Origin: Myxococcota bacterium
GTDB lineage: Bacteria > Myxococcota_A > SURF-8 > G963663525
NCBI GenBank assembly: GCA_963676915.2
Contig: CAXXVK010000021.1
Span: 1 to 19,479, forward strand
Length of the DNA stretch: 19,479 nucleotides
Direction of reading: 5' to 3'
In this document: in pieces, positions 15,426 through 19,479 of the stretch
How the letters are laid out: every line of letters starts with the position of its first letter
Position numbering within the stretch: the first letter of the stretch is position 1
Notes under the pieces: model-generated
What the model was told of the DNA's origin: nothing
Databases searched by the model: none
What the model saw: only the letters and a program-made list of their open reading frames with translations
Made by a program: the position numbers and the translations under genes

Positions 15426-16319
15426 ATGGATCTTGCGCCCGAATCCCGTTTCTTGACCCTTCCAAGAGGGGAATTTCATGTGCTGGAATGGAATCAGGCG
15501 GGCGATTCGGCGCCGTTGCTGCATTTCGCCCATGCCAATGGACTAAACGCCTGGACCTACCGCAGTTTGCTGGCCCCGCTAGCAGATCGTTTTCGTATCC
15601 TCGCCATGGATTTTCGGGGTCACGGGAGAAGCCGGGCCAAGGCCGATCCAACCCGTCTGAAAAGCTGGGGAACCTACCGTAACGACTTGATATCTTTGAT
15701 CGAAACTGTTGGTGAACCGATGTTTCTGGTAGGTCATTCGATGGGAGGTGTGGTCAGCTTGGAGCTTTCGGCGTTGCGTCCCGATCTGGTGCGGGGATTG
15801 ATTTTGCTCGATCCGGTGATCTTTCCTTTGGCTTTGCTTCGTTTCTGGGGTGCGATGAAAACCGTAGGAATGGGACGCCGTATCCCTATTGCTCGTCGTG
15901 CCGAACGGCGTAAACCACTATGGAAAGACCGAGACGAGATCTTCGTAAACTACCGAAAACGCAAGATCTTTTCACCATGGCCGGACGAGTTCCTGCGAGA
16001 TTACATCGAAGGCGGCACCCGAGCCACACCAGACGGTAAAATGGAATTGAGCTGCACCCCGGAATGGGAAGCCCAAAGCTTCGCTACGTTGTCGCACAAA
16101 ACCTGGAGACGAACCCGGCTGCTGCAATGCCCCGTGACCCTGATGCACGGCGGACGCTCCGACACCTTCCTGCCCGCCGCTGCTCGCCGTTTTCCCCGCC
16201 GGGTCCGACATGCTCGGGTTGTAAAGCTCGACGCCGCCGGGCACTTTCTTCCCATGGAAGAACCGGAGCGAGTACGCGAGGAAATTGTGCGTATGATCCA
16301 GGGAGAGGATTTGTGTTGA
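15426..16319 (+). CDS. Alpha/beta fold hydrolase (esterase/thioesterase-like)
   Basis: HFAHANG oxyanion region, DFRGHGRS, nucleophile elbow GHSMGG, LILLDP and catalytic His in AGHFLPME. ATG 15426 has AGGA upstream. Confidence 0.92.
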   Translation: MDLAPESRFLTLPRGEFHVLEWNQAGDSAPLLHFAHANGLNAWTYRSLLAPLADRFRILAMDFRGHGRSRAKADPTRLKSWGTYRNDLISLIETVGEPMFLVGHSMGGVVSLELSALRPDLVRGLILLDPVIFPLALLRFWGAMKTVGMGRRIPIARRAERRKPLWKDRDEIFVNYRKRKIFSPWPDEFLRDYIEGGTRATPDGKMELSCTPEWEAQSFATLSHKTWRRTRLLQCPVTLMHGGRSDTFLPAAARRFPRRVRHARVVKLDAAGHFLPMEEPERVREEIVRMIQGEDLC

Positions 16320-16426
16320 TATTTCTAAAGGATACAACTTTTTTCATTAAAAAAAATTGCCCACAAATAACTTAAATAAATAAAAAGAGTGAAGTTTATA
16401 TGAAGATAAACTGAGGATACCTAAAA

Positions 16427-17365
16427 ATGAATAATTTATTACAGGAAGATAAAGGATTGATTAAAATCCATAGAGTGTGCGTCGAAATGAACGCAATATG
16501 GCGTCCAACGACTTGTCACGATTTAGGGATAGATGGACAAATTGAATTTCTACAAAAAAATTCAAACATTAGTACCGGTTGTATTGTTGCTGTTCAATCA
16601 AAATCAGGACCAAGTTATTTTCAAAATTCAACTGATGATCATGTTAAATACTATGCCCAAAAAAAGCATTTATCCTATTGGACTAAGCTCAACTTGCCTG
16701 TCGTAGTAATTCTTTATAACCCAGATGATGGGATGACTCTTTTTGCTGATGCGAAATCTGATTTGGAAAGGCTAAACAATCGATCATTCGTGCTATTTGA
16801 CAAGAGTAAATGTTTTTGTGGAGCATCCAGAGACGAATTGATTTCATTGGCTTATAATAGACTCAAACCATCTATAGTCTTAAAAAGACTAATGGAAATT
16901 AAACTCCAATTAGATTTTGGAAAGTTTCTAACGGGGATACATTTTTTGTTGTCTTTTACAAATTCATCGGGAGAATTTTTAGATGTTAAAGCATGTAGAT
17001 TTTCATCATTACTTGATCTTTGCACTGAAAACGATTTCTTTGCTTTCGGTGTAAAGGAACATGAATTCATTCATAGAATAATTCTTTCTATCCACCGATT
17101 TTCATTGGTAGAAGACTTTATTCTTAGATTTGAAGAAGAATGGTATGAAAATCAAATTGTTCCAAATATTTCTTCTCCATTAACAGATTTTGGTGTCATT
17201 GTTCATTCTGAATTATGGAAAAATATTGAGCAATATATGCATGTAGAAATGTTTTCACATCTAGGTATAAAAGATCATTGCGAACTTGCAAAGTTTATCT
17301 CAGATCATGCTCAGAAACAGAGCGATGAGTATGAGGATTGGTTGGAAAGTGCTAGTAAATATTAA
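16427..17365 (+). CDS. DUF4365-like (PD-(D/E)xK nuclease-fold) domain protein, low GC
   Basis: N-terminal WRP...HDLGIDGQIEF...IVAVQSKSG...YW...LPVVVILYNP matches the DUF4365 pattern. RBS GAGGA. Roughly 30% GC, e.g. 17/60 at 16861-16920. Confidence 0.8.
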   Translation: MNNLLQEDKGLIKIHRVCVEMNAIWRPTTCHDLGIDGQIEFLQKNSNISTGCIVAVQSKSGPSYFQNSTDDHVKYYAQKKHLSYWTKLNLPVVVILYNPDDGMTLFADAKSDLERLNNRSFVLFDKSKCFCGASRDELISLAYNRLKPSIVLKRLMEIKLQLDFGKFLTGIHFLLSFTNSSGEFLDVKACRFSSLLDLCTENDFFAFGVKEHEFIHRIILSIHRFSLVEDFILRFEEEWYENQIVPNISSPLTDFGVIVHSELWKNIEQYMHVEMFSHLGIKDHCELAKFISDHAQKQSDEYEDWLESASKY

Positions 17366-17537
17366 TAATATTCCAGATAAAAGTGTGTTTTAATAATAAA
17401 GGGTACTCGATGATAAGAATATAAATCATGATTCCCTCGAAGACACACTATCAAACGACCTCGTTGCACGTAAGCATTGCTTCCCTTTTAGAAATCCGCT
17501 AGTCTGCTTTCGTTTTTCCAGTAAGGATTGACGGACG

Positions 17538-18953
17538 ATGATTAAATCCATCCTTGTCGTTACGGAAGATCGATCCGCCGCCGAAATCCTATCGAGCGGC
17601 TTTCATGATCGATACGATGTCGAATGGTTCCCGGACCTGGACGCCGGGCGTTTGCTCTCGTTGAAGACCAGACCCATCGAAGTCCTGTTCGTGGACATTG
17701 ACACGCTGCTGGCCGACGTGCAGTCGAAAAGCGATATCCGAGAAATCGAATCCGTGTTTCGTCGTTTGCGTGGAGTGCTGCCGGACATCGATATCGTGGT
17801 CATGACCACACAAGACCGCATACGCGAGACGGTGAAGGTCATTCGTGCCGGGGCGAGTTCCTACCTGACCTATCCCATCGATTCCGTCGAGCTTAACAGC
17901 GTAATGGAAAGTCTTCAGGATACCCGACAGTTGCATTCGGAGCTGGACTACCTGCGCGACCAGTTCTGGCAGGTGGACGCACTGGAGCTGGTGCGGACGA
18001 ACAGCCCGAAAATGCAGGAGGTTTTCAACAAAGTACGCACGGTGGCTGCCAAAAAGGTCACGGTGTTGTTGACGGGAGAAACCGGTACGGGTAAAGGCGT
18101 TGTCGCTCGGCTGATTCACCAGCACAGCAAGCGCAGCGGCGAACAGTTCATCAGTGTGCATTGCGGAGCGATTCCCGACACGTTGCTGGAAAGCGAACTG
18201 TTCGGTCATGAAAAAGGAGCGTTCACCGGTGCGACCCGTCAGAAGCTCGGACGGTTCGAGATCGCCAACGGAGGTACCATTTTTCTCGATGAAGTCGGCA
18301 CCATTTCACCGTCTATGCAGGTGAAATTGCTGCACGTTCTTCAAGACGGCAGTTTGCAGCGCATCGGAAATGAAAAGGCGATGGAGGTGGACGTTCGGAT
18401 TGTTGCCGCCACCAACGAAGACCTGAATCGGCGAAGAATAGACGGGACGTTCCGTGGAGATCTGTATTACCGTCTCAACGTGTTTCCCATCGAACTACCG
18501 CCTTTGCGTGAACGACTCGATGATATACCGCTGCTGATCGAAACGTTTTTATCGAGACTCAATCGGCTGTACTCCAAGAATATCAGCTACATTCATAAAG
18601 ACGTGCTGAACGCTTTTCGTCAGTACGATTGGCCGGGAAACATTCGTGAACTGGAAAACCTGATCGAAAGAGCCTACCTGCTGGAAGAATCCGAAACGTT
18701 GACGCCGGACAGTTTTCCTGCCGAACTGTTTTATTTCGATGGCGTGGAGACGAGTCTTACGATACACGCCAACCAGACGCTCGCCCAGTTTCGTCGTGCC
18801 TGTTATGATTCGCTGGAAAAACAGTACCTTAAAGAGCTGCTGGCAACACACAGTGGAGTGATTCACAAAAGCGCCGAAGCTGCGGGAGTCACGACGCGCC
18901 AGCTACATCGTCTCATGAAAAAGTACAAACTTGCGAAAGAAACGTACAAGTAA
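17538..18953 (+). CDS. Sigma54-dependent NtrC-family transcriptional activator (receiver-like, AAA+ and Fis-type HTH domains)
   Basis: Walker A GETGTGKG, ESELFGHEKGAFTGA, Walker B IFLDE, RIVAATN, FRGDLYYRLNV, WPGNIRELEN and a C-terminal HTH. Confidence 0.95.
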   Translation: MIKSILVVTEDRSAAEILSSGFHDRYDVEWFPDLDAGRLLSLKTRPIEVLFVDIDTLLADVQSKSDIREIESVFRRLRGVLPDIDIVVMTTQDRIRETVKVIRAGASSYLTYPIDSVELNSVMESLQDTRQLHSELDYLRDQFWQVDALELVRTNSPKMQEVFNKVRTVAAKKVTVLLTGETGTGKGVVARLIHQHSKRSGEQFISVHCGAIPDTLLESELFGHEKGAFTGATRQKLGRFEIANGGTIFLDEVGTISPSMQVKLLHVLQDGSLQRIGNEKAMEVDVRIVAATNEDLNRRRIDGTFRGDLYYRLNVFPIELPPLRERLDDIPLLIETFLSRLNRLYSKNISYIHKDVLNAFRQYDWPGNIRELENLIERAYLLEESETLTPDSFPAELFYFDGVETSLTIHANQTLAQFRRACYDSLEKQYLKELLATHSGVIHKSAEAAGVTTRQLHRLMKKYKLAKETYK

Positions 18954-18987
18954 GGTTTTTCTCAGTAGCTTGGATATATGATTTAAC

Positions 18988-19012
18988 GTAGGAGCGGGAA
19001 CCAATCCCGCTC
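18988..19012 (+). repeat. GTAG-led hairpin, REP-like palindrome or terminator-like stem
   Basis: GTAG followed by GAGCGGGA-ACCAA-TCCCGCTC, a perfect 8-bp stem with no U-tract. Confidence 0.45.
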
Positions 19013-19030
19013 GATCCTGAGGCTTCAGAC

Positions 19031-19479
19031 ATGCGTATCAACATCCTGCTGTTCCTGCTGACTGTCGTTTTCGTACTGTTTCCACTTGCTTGTAAAGAGA
19101 ATGACGGAAATCTGGCCGTCGTGAACGGCGATGGCGACATTGATTTGGAAATCGAAACGGATGCATCGGAAAGCGGAGATATTACGACAGAAGAGAATAA
19201 CGATAGTCCACCCGACTGGCCCGATCCTCCAGACTGCACCTCACCTCTCGTCCCGGTGGGAACGAATTGCGAACCCTTGAAATTACCGGAGTTGGGACCG
19301 GAGTGGATGAAAATCGAACCGGGCGGAGATACCATGTGCGCCAGAGGAACGCCCTTTTATTTTTACGTGCGTGGTGGAACGCAGAATCGTCTCTTGGTAA
19401 GCTTTCGTGGTGGCGGGGCTTGTTGGAACGAAAGCACTTGTGCCGAAAATGATCGTGACATGTTTTTCGTAGACGAGAT
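19031..19479 (+). CDS. Pectinacetylesterase/Notum-like hydrolase lipoprotein, truncated at the window end
   Basis: Missing from the ORF track. Manual translation from ATG 19031: MRINILLFLLTVVFVLFPLA-C (lipobox), an acidic/Pro linker, then WMKIEPGGDTMCARGTPFYFYVRGGTQNRLLVSFRGGGACWNESTC. The CxxG.P and GGGxCW motifs are typical of the family. Confidence 0.82.
   Translation, partial: MRINILLFLLTVVFVLFPLACKENDGNLAVVNGDGDIDLEIETDASESGDITTEENNDSPPDWPDPPDCTSPLVPVGTNCEPLKLPELGPEWMKIEPGGDTMCARGTPFYFYVRGGTQNRLLVSFRGGGACWNESTCAENDRDMFFVDE

Noticed and set aside
15031-15682. Short ORFs 15031-15303, 15266-15682 and 15277-15651
   Set aside because: They overlap promoter elements or the hydrolase in other frames. 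The LCAPKS repeat in 15031-15303 merely reflects the 21-bp DNA repeat.
11570-17450. Integron gene cassettes as the origin of the two low-GC genes
   Set aside because: No attC structure (RYYYAAC...GTTRRRY with inner repeats) recognised next to either gene, and no integrase in the window.
18981-19008. dif/pdif site suggested by ATTTAACGTA
   Set aside because: Resembles a XerD arm only; no XerC arm at the 6-nt spacing.

Overview
Bacterial chromosomal window, mostly about 55% GC by eye. Gene content (NtrC/NtrB-type signalling, Cys-rich and acidic lipoproteins, fused ADP-forming acyl-CoA ligase) suggests a deltaproteobacterial-type organism; this is inference only. From left to right: (1) a minus-strand operon of a Cys-less TlpA/thioredoxin-fold lipoprotein, exbB/tolQ, exbD/tolR, a MEMO1 (AmmeMemoRadiSam B) gene and a truncated multi-TM sensor-like gene. 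exbB and MEMO1 carry three net +1 frameshifts that look like sequencing errors. (2) sthA, divergent from lgt. (3) An orphan membrane histidine kinase. (4) An iron-uptake operon (DtxR-FeoA fusion, feoB, FeoB-associated Cys-rich protein) with a clear sigma70 promoter and a SirR/DtxR-type operator. (5) A minus-strand unit of a Cys-rich lipoprotein, a low-GC coiled-coil ORF with heptad-register internal duplications and a GNAT. (6) A domain-swapped acetate-CoA ligase divergent from an alpha/beta hydrolase across a motif-rich intergenic region. (7) A solo low-GC DUF4365-like nuclease-fold gene. (8) An NtrC-family activator with an atypical receiver domain. (9) A truncated pectinacetylesterase/Notum-like lipoprotein. 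I saw no rRNA, tRNA, CRISPR array, integrase or transposase. No new multi-gene system is proven. The best leads are the Cys-less TlpA-ExbB-ExbD-MEMO1 operon, the two single-gene low-GC insertions and the DtxR-FeoA fusion.
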